Shown here piece by piece: positions 43,787 to 52,372 of a stretch of DNA of 62,124 nt (position 1 is its first letter; each line of letters opens with the position of its first letter). The notes beneath the pieces are model-generated. The model saw only the letters and a list, made by a program, of their open reading frames with translations. It had not been told where the DNA came from and searched no databases. The position numbers and the translations under genes were made by a program. The stretch lies in NCBI GenBank assembly GCA_035316085.1, contig DATFXI010000294.1, positions 1-62,124 of the forward strand. The letters are read 5' to 3'. The DNA is from Candidatus Angelobacter sp. GTDB lineage: Bacteria; Acidobacteriota; Terriglobia; Terriglobales; Acidobacteriaceae.

Positions 43787-45091
43787 CTATTTCGACGCGG
43801 GCGGATGGGCTTTGGCTTCCCTGTACTCCGCCAGGGCTTTCTGGTAATTCTCGCGGTCCGGGGCGATAGCGAGAGCCTTGGTTTGCAATTCAATGGCTTT
43901 GTCCACGTCGCCTAGCTGGAAATAAACGCGGGCCAGAGTGTCGAGCGCATACGCTTCCCTGCCGCCGCTCAGATCTACAGCCTTCTGCGCGTAGGGCAGG
44001 GCTTTCTGCGGGTCGCGAAGCTTCCTGTCTTCTGCGGTCACCAAGATCCAGGCGTAATTGTTGTACGCCACGTAGTGCCTATCGTTCTTAGCGATCACCT
44101 GGAGATAAGCCTCCAGCGCCTTGGATTCGTTCTTGGGCGTGCCCCGGCCGGCGTTGTACATAGTGGCCAACATGAACATGGCCGGTTCGTAATTCCTTTC
44201 CGCCGATTGCTTGACCAGGGAGAACGCGCGAGGCTCGTCGCGCTGAACACCGCGGCCGCTGGCCAGCGCCTGCCCCGCCAGGTACAAAAAGCGTTCCGAT
44301 TCGAAGTGCGGCGCCCCCGCCGGCGGACTGGTGGCAAGGCGTAGCGCCGCGTAGAACGATCCATGATCGGCGGCTTTCTTGAACCAGTCCACCGACTCCT
44401 TGGGGTCCTTGTCGCCGCCCAGACCCAGCTCGTATAGCATGCCCAGCCGATATTCCGCATCGGAATCGCCATCGCTGGCTTGGGCGGCGCTTTCATACCA
44501 GTCGCGCGCGGTCTCGTAGTCCTGCTCCACGCCCCGGCCCTGGTCGTACAGAGTAGCCAAGTTGTATTCGGCTTCGTGCAGGCTTTGTTGCGACGCGATG
44601 CGGAACAGCCGCGCTGCATTGGCCTCATTCTTGGTCACGCCCTGGCCCAGTCGTAGCGCCACGCCCAGATTGTTCTGGGCCCGCGCGTCATCCGCAACGG
44701 CCGCTTTCTCGAACCAGGCCACAGCCTTCTGCATGTCCCTGGCGCCGGCCTTGCCGTCACGATAGGCTTCACCCAGCGTGAGCTGGGCGTGAGCGTTGCC
44801 TTGCGCCGCCGCTCGCTCCAACAGCTTGGTCCCTTCGCTGGGGTTCTTGTCGTCCTGGCAAGTGGAAAGATGAAACGTGCCCAAACGGTCCTGGGCATTG
44901 GCTTCGCCGGCCGCGGCACGACGGGTCAAATCTTCGCGCTCTTGCTGGGAAGGACAATTGAAAAACGAGGTGCTCCACTTGGAAACCGGCGACCAGGCTG
45001 GTACAGCCTGTCCCGACGCGCTCGCGCCGGCTGTCAGCAGGACGCTCGCCGCGAGTGCGGGTCGCAAAAAGGTTCTCTTGGACATCTTCAT
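43787..45091 (-). CDS. Sel1-like/TPR repeat protein, secreted
   Basis: Signal peptide, then multiple Sel1 repeats (A..WF.KAA..G...AQ..LG..Y..G.GV..D) and C-terminal TPRs. Confidence 0.85.
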   Translation of the reverse strand: MKMSKRTFLRPALAASVLLTAGASASGQAVPAWSPVSKWSTSFFNCPSQQEREDLTRRAAAGEANAQDRLGTFHLSTCQDDKNPSEGTKLLERAAAQGNAHAQLTLGEAYRDGKAGARDMQKAVAWFEKAAVADDARAQNNLGVALRLGQGVTKNEANAARLFRIASQQSLHEAEYNLATLYDQGRGVEQDYETARDWYESAAQASDGDSDAEYRLGMLYELGLGGDKDPKESVDWFKKAADHGSFYAALRLATSPPAGAPHFESERFLYLAGQALASGRGVQRDEPRAFSLVKQSAERNYEPAMFMLATMYNAGRGTPKNESKALEAYLQVIAKNDRHYVAYNNYAWILVTAEDRKLRDPQKALPYAQKAVDLSGGREAYALDTLARVYFQLGDVDKAIELQTKALAIAPDRENYQKALAEYREAKAHPPASK

Positions 45092-45242
45092 GTTCTATGT
45101 TCCCCGGAGGGGAAGTCGCTGGAGCTCGTGGTGCCGTGACGCAGGCGCCGTAAGAGAGAAAGAATGTTACCAGTTTTTCCCGAAGCGGTGCGACTCCCCA
45201 ACTCAGCAACAGCTTGTGCGGCAAGCATGATGGTTGGTCCCT

Positions 45243-46625
45243 TCACCCGCCCCACCGGAAATAGAGAATGTATCCGTTCAGATCGCGAATGCCGAACTCC
45301 CGCCCTCCGTACGGAGGATTATCGATGTCGGCGACAAACTCGACCACCTGTTGCTCCTGCGGCGCACCGGCGAGAGCAGCTTGCGCGGCCGAGATCTGGC
45401 GCGCCTTGAGCTGCTGGTAGAGCTCATCGACTTTGTCGGTATAAAACCACAGGGTCACGTCGTGGGCGCCGGCCATGCCGCCCAGGTTCAGCATGAGTGC
45501 GGCTCTTCCCAATTGCACGATGCCCCAGTTTACCTGGCCCTGGTGCGCGTACCGGCCAAGTTCCTTGAACCCGATGGACACATACCAGTCGAGCGTCTGC
45601 GCGATGTCCGGGACACGGATCATGGGGATAATCTTCGTGACCGATTCCGCCATTTTGGCCATGCCTTCAATGAAAGCCGAGGGCTCTGCCGCTGGCTTGG
45701 CCCCGGGCCCAAGCATCCAGCCCTTGTTGCCTTTCGCGCCCGCCGCGTGCAGCCGGTGGATTGCCTGGCGATCGCCGCGCATCATCGCCACCGCCAGCGC
45801 CGTGTGGCCACTCAAGTCTTCGGCTTCCAGGTCCGCCCCCAGATTGATCAGGAGATCGAGAATGTCATAACGCTTCAGGCTGACGGCAAAATGCAGGGCA
45901 GTCTGCCCGCCCTCGAAGCGTGATGTCCGGCGTTCGAGCGCTTTCGGGTTCTGCTTCACCACTGTGCGTATCAGCTGCGGATCGCCGAGAGAAATCGCGG
46001 AGAAGATGTGGTGGTGAGCGCCGCATTCGACCAGGAGTGCCGCAACTTCCGGTTTATCACCATGCGCACCGCCCGGCTCATGGTAGAACGTGGCCCAGCC
46101 AATCGCGTCGAGCTCATGCACGTCGCCAATGCCTTGCGCGTCGCCGCCCGCATCCAGTAGCGCGCGCACAATCTCCACGTGCCTGTTGGCGGCAGCCCAG
46201 TGCAGCGGATAGGTGTTGTCTCCGGCCTCGCGCGCGTTGGGGTCCGCGCCGTGCCGGAGCAGCAGCTTTACCGCCTCCAGGTAGCCGCTCCGCGCTGCGG
46301 TGTGCAGGCCGGTCCAGCCCGGGTAATCTCCTTTAGGATCGCCGATACGCGTCAGGCCTGAATCATTCGCAAGCAGGGTTCTCAACGTTGCGATGTCACC
46401 TTTGGCGCAGGCTGTGAAGAAGAGCGCAGAGTTGTCTGGTCGCCCCTTATCGACCTCGGCCTTCAGTGCACGCCAGCTGGGAAAGCCGTGGTCTCGAGCG
46501 ACGGCCAGCTGGGCGGCGGCCAGCTTTACGCCAGGGTCTGCGCGCCGCAGCTCCCGCAGGCGCTCCTTGGCCAGTTTTTTCAAGTATTCGAGCGAGGCAC
46601 GCTCAGGGAGTTTTGCCTTTGACAT
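45243..46625 (-). CDS. Ankyrin-repeat protein fused to a C-terminal VOC/glyoxalase-like domain
   Basis: Ankyrin units (GWTGLHTAARSGYLEAVKLLLRHGADPNA; YPLHWAAANRHVEIVRALLDAGGD; TALHFAVSLKRYDILDLLINLGADLEA). The C-terminus IIPMIRVPDIAQTLDWYVSIGF...FGIRDLNGYILYF is VOC-like. Confidence 0.8.
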   Translation of the reverse strand: MSKAKLPERASLEYLKKLAKERLRELRRADPGVKLAAAQLAVARDHGFPSWRALKAEVDKGRPDNSALFFTACAKGDIATLRTLLANDSGLTRIGDPKGDYPGWTGLHTAARSGYLEAVKLLLRHGADPNAREAGDNTYPLHWAAANRHVEIVRALLDAGGDAQGIGDVHELDAIGWATFYHEPGGAHGDKPEVAALLVECGAHHHIFSAISLGDPQLIRTVVKQNPKALERRTSRFEGGQTALHFAVSLKRYDILDLLINLGADLEAEDLSGHTALAVAMMRGDRQAIHRLHAAGAKGNKGWMLGPGAKPAAEPSAFIEGMAKMAESVTKIIPMIRVPDIAQTLDWYVSIGFKELGRYAHQGQVNWGIVQLGRAALMLNLGGMAGAHDVTLWFYTDKVDELYQQLKARQISAAQAALAGAPQEQQVVEFVADIDNPPYGGREFGIRDLNGYILYFRWGG

Positions 46626-46845
46626 AGACGCCTTCCTTCCATAGCTTGCCCGGCGTCCGCATTACTCGGGCTGGAAGTCAGGGTCTCTGACTGTTGAAGA
46701 TTTGAGCGGTGGGTTCAACCCTTTACGCGGACCGTAGGCCGCCTCTCGGCCTTGTCCGGGATTATAGCGCAACGGGTGACTTTGCTTTGGATTTTGGGTG
46801 GTAGGCCAATTTGAAAAACTGACCCACCAGCAGTATCAGCGTCTA

Positions 46846-46865
46846 GCGATTCGCTTGCGAATCGC
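46846..46865 (-). terminator. Possible terminator hairpin GCGATTCGC-TT-GCGAATCGC
   Basis: Perfect 9-bp inverted repeat 38 nt downstream of the stop of the 46903..47292 gene. No clear U-tract. Confidence 0.3.
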
Positions 46866-46902
46866 GCGCCTTTAGGCAGACATTCATCGCCTTCGAAGAA
46901 AC

Positions 46903-47292
46903 CTACCGCTCTTGCTGCACTTCCATGCGCTGGTCCACGCTGAGGCTCTTGGGCATGCCCGAGCTGACGGGGCAGTTGCATGTAGCCACGATGCGGAAGC
47001 TGGAGTCGCTGACTTCAGCTGAGTAGGTGTAGGGGCCGCGGTTGTTGCGGGTCATGGTAAGCGAGCCTTGAGAACGAAGGTCGTCGAGGGAAACGTATTT
47101 GCCGTTCAGGGCGGCGTAGCTACGCTCGGCCTGGGCGATGACCAGCAAGTCCTGTCGGACACCGACCAGGTCCACAGTAGCGATCGGATCACTGGTGCCG
47201 GCCGTCATCACACCTTGCGTTTGCCGCATGTAAATGTAGGCGCCTATGCCAACCACGATGATCAAGGTAATGAAACCGAAAGCGCGCGACAT
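46903..47292 (-). CDS. Hypothetical membrane-anchored protein
   Basis: The start MSRAFGFITLIIVVGIGAYIY (at 47292) gives a single N-terminal TM helix and a ~100-aa extracytoplasmic domain. Confidence 0.6.
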   Translation of the reverse strand: MSRAFGFITLIIVVGIGAYIYMRQTQGVMTAGTSDPIATVDLVGVRQDLLVIAQAERSYAALNGKYVSLDDLRSQGSLTMTRNNRGPYTYSAEVSDSSFRIVATCNCPVSSGMPKSLSVDQRMEVQQER

Positions 47293-47367
47293 ATTGCAGC
47301 CTCCTTCGATCGCCCGACCTTGATGATAAGGTTTGTCGCTTCTGTCCGCCTCTGAGAGAATCAACCC

Positions 47368-48408
47368 GTGGCAAACGAAAGTGTAATCCGGACAGCGGTC
47401 GTTGGTGTGGGCTCATTCGGCAAGAACCACGCCCGCGTGTATCACGAACTGCAGCAGCAGGGTCACGGCGTGGAACTGGCTGCGGTAGTCGACGCGAACA
47501 CTTCTTTGGCCCAATCCGTGGCCGCGCAGTTCGGCTGCCCGGCGCTGGCCGGCGTGGACGCACTCGCAGGCAAAGTTGATGCCGCGTCGGTAGCTGTGCC
47601 CACGGTTGATCACTTGAGCGTGGCGGCAAAGCTGATGGCATCGGGCGTAGACGTGCTCATCGAAAAACCGCTGGCCTCATCGCTCGACGAAGCCGACGAG
47701 CTGATCGCACTCTCCAAAAGGCACGGTCGAATCGCGCAGGTGGGGCACTTGGAGCGCTTCAATCCCGCCGTGCGTGCCACAAGTCCGCTTATCACCAAAC
47801 CGATGTTTTTCGAGGTCCACCGGCTGAGCGTGTTCACGCCACGCAGCCTCGACGTAGATGTGGTCCTGGATTTGATGGTCCACGATATTGATGTCGTTCT
47901 TTCTTTCGTGAAGTCGCCCATCACCGAGATTCGCGCGGTAGGCCTGCCGGTGGTCACAGGCAAAGTGGACATCGCCAACGTGCGCATGGAGTTTGCCTCG
48001 GGCTGCGTGGCCAACCTCACTGCGAGCCGCATCAGCACGGAGCGGGTGCGCAAGCTGCGCTTCTTTCAGCCGAAGGAATACATTTCCATCGACTACGGCA
48101 GGCAGGACGTGTTGCAGATCCGCGTGACCGCGGAAGAAAAATTTCCTCTCAGCCAGCTGATCGAAATGGCATCGTCGAATTCCGGAGTGCCGATTCCTGG
48201 CGTCTCAATCAACAAACCCGCGGTCCAGGCTGAAGAGCCGCTGCATGCCGAGCTGAAGGCTTTTCTGGATGCCGTACGCGGCCGCCGCCGGCCTACGGTC
48301 TCGCTGGAAGACGGCCGGGCAGCCCTGGCGGCGGGTTTGGACATCCTCTCGGCCATCCACCAACACAGCTTACGGGCGGGCATCGATGCGCTTGAGCTTG
48401 GGTCGTAG
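47368..48408 (+). CDS. Gfo/Idh/MocA-family oxidoreductase
   Basis: N-terminal Rossmann IRTAVVGVGSFGKNHARVY, then EKPLA and a C-terminal Gfo/Idh/MocA fold. Confidence 0.85.
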   Translation: MANESVIRTAVVGVGSFGKNHARVYHELQQQGHGVELAAVVDANTSLAQSVAAQFGCPALAGVDALAGKVDAASVAVPTVDHLSVAAKLMASGVDVLIEKPLASSLDEADELIALSKRHGRIAQVGHLERFNPAVRATSPLITKPMFFEVHRLSVFTPRSLDVDVVLDLMVHDIDVVLSFVKSPITEIRAVGLPVVTGKVDIANVRMEFASGCVANLTASRISTERVRKLRFFQPKEYISIDYGRQDVLQIRVTAEEKFPLSQLIEMASSNSGVPIPGVSINKPAVQAEEPLHAELKAFLDAVRGRRRPTVSLEDGRAALAAGLDILSAIHQHSLRAGIDALELGS

Positions 48409-48447
48409 GTCAGTTTCATCCGCGGCATCTCACCATCCGACACGTGA

Positions 48448-48509
48448 GTTCATCGCTAACGCGATGAACGTCTGATACCGACAATGGGCCAGTTCGGTGG
48501 AACTGGCCC
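48448..48509 (+). terminator. Two consecutive perfect hairpins downstream of the oxidoreductase gene
   Basis: GTTCATCGC-TAAC-GCGATGAAC (48448..48469) and GGGCCAGTTC-GGTG-GAACTGGCCC (48486..48509). A T-run (GATTTTTG) follows 12 nt later. Confidence 0.45.
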
Positions 48510-48689
48510 ACGTTCCGAGATTTTTGTAAAAAGTTGTAAAGCAAGGCCTGTAGTTTCACAAGAAACCCAAGAAAATCTATTGTTTTCGAGGTTTCTTCAA
48601 GTTATCCGCCTGCAAGGAAGTCTCGCGACTGTCGTTCTAATGAGACAATAGAAACACATACTTCTTGCTGGGCTGGTGTTGTCATTCCA

Positions 48690-49700
48690 GTGATGGAACC
48701 TCCAATTCGCGAAGCGCCGAAAGCCGCGGTCCCCGCACCCATCCTGGATGGCGAGTTGCACCTGCTCATCGGCGACCTGCGAGAAGATGTGGCCCGTTAC
48801 CGCCGCCGGGAAGCTGTCTGGATCTCGCTCGCCGCGCACGGCCTGTTGCTCCTGGCGTTGATGTTTGTTCCCAAGTGGCTCCCCAAACCGATTGTCGTAG
48901 TTCCTCTGCCGCAGAAAGAGCAGGCTACGGACATCGTGATCAGTCCGTCGGCGCCGCCCAAGACCAAACCGCCTGAAATCTCGTCGAACCGGATCCACCA
49001 GCAGAAGCAGGCCCCGGTGCCGAGCCGCGAAGATTTGCGCCGCCTGGTGGAAGCCAGCCGGGCGCCCGGCCGCGAGACTCCTCCACCCAAACCTGCGCCG
49101 CAGCAAGCCATGCAACCGCCGCAGCAGCAGCCCCCGCAGCCACAGACGCAAGAACCCGCCGCGGCCCAGCAACGCACCTCGGAGACAGCCAAGCTCGAAA
49201 TGCCTGCGCCTAAGCAGAACCCGTTTTCCATGTCCTCACCAGGCTCATCGATTGATCAGGCGATCCACTCCGCTGCCAACAATCGCACCGGCGCTGACGT
49301 AGGCGCGACTGGGGGACACACTGCCGGGGTTCGTCCGAAAGTTGACCGCATCGGCGATTTCCAAGTCCTGACCGACACGCTGGGCGTGGACTTCGGGCCT
49401 TATTGGAAGCGCGTGCAGATCAGCGTGCAGGACCATTGGGACCCGCTGGTCCCGGAAGTGGCCCGCGCCCCGATGATGAAGAAAGGCGTGGTGGTTATTG
49501 AGTTCGCCATCATGAAAAACGGTACTATCCAGGGCATGAAGCTCATCTCCACCTCCGGCGACCTGGCGCTGGACCGCGCTGCCTGGGGCGCGCTGACCTC
49601 CGCTGATCCGCTGCCTCAGCTTCCCGTGAAGTTCACTGGCGATTTTGTTCTGATTCGCGCGGCGTTTTATTACAACCCTGACAAAAGCGAATTCCAATAA
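48690..49700 (+). CDS. Energy transducer TonB
   Basis: N-terminal TM helix, a long Pro-rich spacer (PPKTKPPE...PPPKPAPQQAMQPPQQQPPQPQ), and a C-terminal TonB_C pattern VVVIEFAIMKNGTIQGMKLISTSGDLALDRAA. Confidence 0.85.
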   Translation: MMEPPIREAPKAAVPAPILDGELHLLIGDLREDVARYRRREAVWISLAAHGLLLLALMFVPKWLPKPIVVVPLPQKEQATDIVISPSAPPKTKPPEISSNRIHQQKQAPVPSREDLRRLVEASRAPGRETPPPKPAPQQAMQPPQQQPPQPQTQEPAAAQQRTSETAKLEMPAPKQNPFSMSSPGSSIDQAIHSAANNRTGADVGATGGHTAGVRPKVDRIGDFQVLTDTLGVDFGPYWKRVQISVQDHWDPLVPEVARAPMMKKGVVVIEFAIMKNGTIQGMKLISTSGDLALDRAAWGALTSADPLPQLPVKFTGDFVLIRAAFYYNPDKSEFQ

Positions 49701-49715
49701 GCTCTGGTCCGCCGC

Positions 49716-50576
49716 TCATGCGCGGCGGGCGATCATCTTCATCAGCACCCGCTGCGCGAAAGGCATATAGATCAACGCCGCGGAAGCGCCCAGCGCCAGG
49801 CCGATTCCCATGCGGTCAGCCAGCAGCAGCGGGGAAAGCGCCCAGATCATGTCCAGCACCAGAAGCGCGGGAAAAAGAATGCGGTACTTTTCACCCAGCA
49901 GATGGTAGTCGAAACTTGTGGCCGTGATCAGATACAAGCGCACGGCAACTCCGGCCATCGCCGTGACCAGGAACGTCACGAATACGGCCGTTCCTTCGCC
50001 CGGCCAGATCATGAACGAGGCCCGATGAAGTTGCTGCCAATCAAACAAGGCGGAGATGTAGAAGATCACATACATGATCTGCGCCAGCACAAACAGCACA
50101 CGAGTTGTACCGCGGCGGGCGCGGGGAAGATCGCTTGCTTCAGGAGCACCGGCGCTGATGGGCGGAATGGTTCGCGGCGCGCTGGCCTCCGCAGCATGAG
50201 TCGCCGGCGGATTTGCCGTAGCGATGAGCGAAGCCGAAACCGGCGTCTGGACGATTTGGGCCTCGCCCAGAAAGCGGTAGCCGCGCTTGGCAATGGTCTC
50301 AATGTAGCGCGGGTTTCCCGCAGAATCGCCCAGCACGTCGCGCAGCTTGGCCATCGCAGTGTTTAGACCATGGTCGAAATCAACGAACGTGTCTTGCGGC
50401 CAAAGGCGTTGCCGCAACTCTTCGCGTGTGACCACGTCACGCGGGCGCTCCAGCAGCGCCACCAGAACTTGAAAAGGCTGCATCTGCAGTTTGAGGCGAA
50501 TGCCGTTCCGGCGCAGCTCAGCAGCGTTGACGTCGGCTTCAAACTGGTCGAACTGGTATTTGAGCGCGGTTGGCAT
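49716..50576 (-). CDS. Membrane-bound transcriptional regulator with OmpR/PhoB-type winged-helix domain (CadC/ToxR-like)
   Basis: YQFDQFEADVNAAELRRNGIRLKLQMQPFQVLVALLERPRDVVTREEL...AMAKLRDVLGD....YIETIAKRGYRF, followed by about 4 TM helices. Confidence 0.8.
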   Translation of the reverse strand: MPTALKYQFDQFEADVNAAELRRNGIRLKLQMQPFQVLVALLERPRDVVTREELRQRLWPQDTFVDFDHGLNTAMAKLRDVLGDSAGNPRYIETIAKRGYRFLGEAQIVQTPVSASLIATANPPATHAAEASAPRTIPPISAGAPEASDLPRARRGTTRVLFVLAQIMYVIFYISALFDWQQLHRASFMIWPGEGTAVFVTFLVTAMAGVAVRLYLITATSFDYHLLGEKYRILFPALLVLDMIWALSPLLLADRMGIGLALGASAALIYMPFAQRVLMKMIARRA

Positions 50577-50817
50577 CCGTTTCCGGCGGTTGGCGAAGTT
50601 TCTGCTGACAGAAGTTTAACATTCTGCAATTCCGGATCAGGAGCGCAGGCGCCCTCGCCTGCGTTAGCAAACACCTCCACGCCGAGGCTGGCTGCGCTCA
50701 ATCCTGTCTCCGGGTTTTGATGGTTACAATGTCTGCCATGGACGCACGACGCCAACAAGCTCTCGGCCTGGCCTTGATCGCACTGATGGCGCTGCTGTTC
50801 GTGTTGCTGCGTCGCTG

Positions 50818-51753
50818 GTGGAGCGCTCTGTGACCGCGCCCCTGCTGGTGATTGTCGGTCCGACGGGAAGCGGCAAGACGGCTCTTTCCCTGCATGTGGC
50901 GCAAAAGATGCGCGGCGAGATTGTGAGTTGCGATTCCGTCGCCGTCTATCGCGAGCTGGAGATCGGCACGGCCAAGCCATCGCGCGAAGAGCGGCGCATG
51001 GTGCCACACCACCTGATCGACATCGCTGAGCCCACTGAGGTGGTCACGGCCGGCGACTATTCCCGCCTGGCGCGGAAAGCCATCACGGAAATCAGCGCGC
51101 GCGGGCATTTACCCGTTGTCGTCGGAGGTACCGGCCTCTACCTGCGGGCTTTGCTGGAAGGGCTGTTTGCGGGTCCGCCCCGCTCGGAAGAGTTGCGCGC
51201 GCGTTTGCGCGAACGCGCCCGGGAACGCGGGGCGCAGTACCTTCACCGCATGCTGCGGCGTCTGGATGCGAACTCGGCAAACGCCGTCCACGCCAATGAC
51301 GTCGCCAAAGTGGTCCGCGCGTTGGAAGTCTCTCTCAGTGCGCGCCGTCCTATGACCGATCTTTGGCGCCAAGGCCGCGATCCGCTGCTCGGTTACAGAA
51401 TTCTGCGCCTCGGGCTGAATCCCAGCCGCGAGAATCTTTATCAACAAATCAACGAAAGAGCCGGGAAAATGTTTGCTGGCGGCTTGATAGAAGAAACCCG
51501 CGCTCTCCGCGAACGCTACGGAAGCAACGCGCGCCCGCTGGATTCGCTGGGCTACAAGCAGGCCACGCAATTTCTCCTCGGCGAGCTTTCTTTGCCGGAG
51601 ACGATTGCCGCGGCCCAGCAAGCGCACAGAAATTATGCCAAGCGCCAGATCACGTGGTTCCGCCGCGAGCCTGATGTGCATTGGATGGCCGGCTTCGGCA
51701 CGGATGCCGCTGTACAGAAGCGAGGCATGGAGTGGATTGGGAAACAATTGTGA
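50818..51753 (+). CDS. miaA: tRNA dimethylallyltransferase
   Basis: P-loop VIVGPTGSGKTALS, then DSVAVYRELEIGTAKPS and PHHLID. GTG starts are possible at 50818 or 50830. Confidence 0.9.
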   Translation: MERSVTAPLLVIVGPTGSGKTALSLHVAQKMRGEIVSCDSVAVYRELEIGTAKPSREERRMVPHHLIDIAEPTEVVTAGDYSRLARKAITEISARGHLPVVVGGTGLYLRALLEGLFAGPPRSEELRARLRERARERGAQYLHRMLRRLDANSANAVHANDVAKVVRALEVSLSARRPMTDLWRQGRDPLLGYRILRLGLNPSRENLYQQINERAGKMFAGGLIEETRALRERYGSNARPLDSLGYKQATQFLLGELSLPETIAAAQQAHRNYAKRQITWFRREPDVHWMAGFGTDAAVQKRGMEWIGKQL

Positions 51754-51972
51754 ACCGCACGCGCTCAAGATGTTCTTGCTCCGGCCGATCGCGAATGATT
51801 TTTGAGCTACATCTCCAAAGCGGTGAAATTATTTTAGTACTCGGCGGAGCAGCACAAAAATGACGAGCACAGTGGCCACAATTAGCACGGCGCGGACAAT
51901 CATGACCAGCAGCGTACCCTAAAAACATTTCGCGTGCCGGACTTCCTGCTCCGCTTTGCCTCATTTTTTTTA

Positions 51973-52002
51973 TTGACAACGTGCCGTGCGTATCTCAATA
52001 TT
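51973..52002 (+). promoter_or_regulatory. Sigma70-like promoter with A/T-rich UP-like tract
   Basis: TTGACA (51973..51978), 18-nt spacer, AATATT (51997..52002), preceded by TCATTTTTTTTA. It lies ~90 nt upstream of the micro-ORF. Confidence 0.5.
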
Positions 52003-52093
52003 TTGGGTGTGGACCTGCAAGACCGTTTGCTAGGGGATTGCGGGAGACCACAAAGGGCCTCAGCTATAGAAAAATCTTTGAGGAGGGACACGA

Positions 52094-52138
52094 ATGGCAA
52101 CGAAGAAAAAAGCAGCGAAGAAGAAAAAGAAAAAGTAA
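52094..52138 (+). CDS. 14-codon lysine-rich micro-ORF MATKKKAAKKKKKK
   Basis: The GAGGAGGG SD (52080..52087) is 6 nt upstream of the ATG. The ORF is too short for the ORF track. It has its own promoter upstream and a terminator downstream. Confidence 0.45.
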   Translation: MATKKKAAKKKKKK

Positions 52139-52197
52139 CTGAGTCGCGGAGCTAAGTCTCCGTGAACGATCCAACAACAAGGGAAAATAGTTGTGAC

Positions 52198-52229
52198 GGG
52201 TGTTCGAACAAGAACACCCTTTTTAATTT
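52198..52229 (+). terminator. Rho-independent terminator
   Basis: GGGTGTTC-GAACAA-GAACACCC, a perfect 8-bp stem, followed by TTTTTAATTT. It lies 60 nt after the micro-ORF stop and 144 nt before the MscS-family gene. Confidence 0.75.
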
Positions 52230-52372
52230 GCCGTACAAAAACAGCGATTGCGCAGCCCTGAAAAACAACCTTTTCAGTTCATCCAGACTCTAACCACTCA
52301 CCTGGTTAAATCCAAAATTATCTCCGTGTTGCAGTCAATCTCGCCGCTTCACAACAAACAGTCGAGTCGCCA

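Noticed and set aside
51829-51903. 24-aa hydrophobic minus-strand mini-ORF MIVRAVLIVATVLVIFVLLRRVLK (type I toxin-like), divergent from the poly-Lys micro-gene
   Set aside because: There is no recognisable SD or promoter. The ORF is short enough to arise by chance in this A/T-richer spacer. It is only worth checking if transcriptomics shows a minus-strand transcript here.
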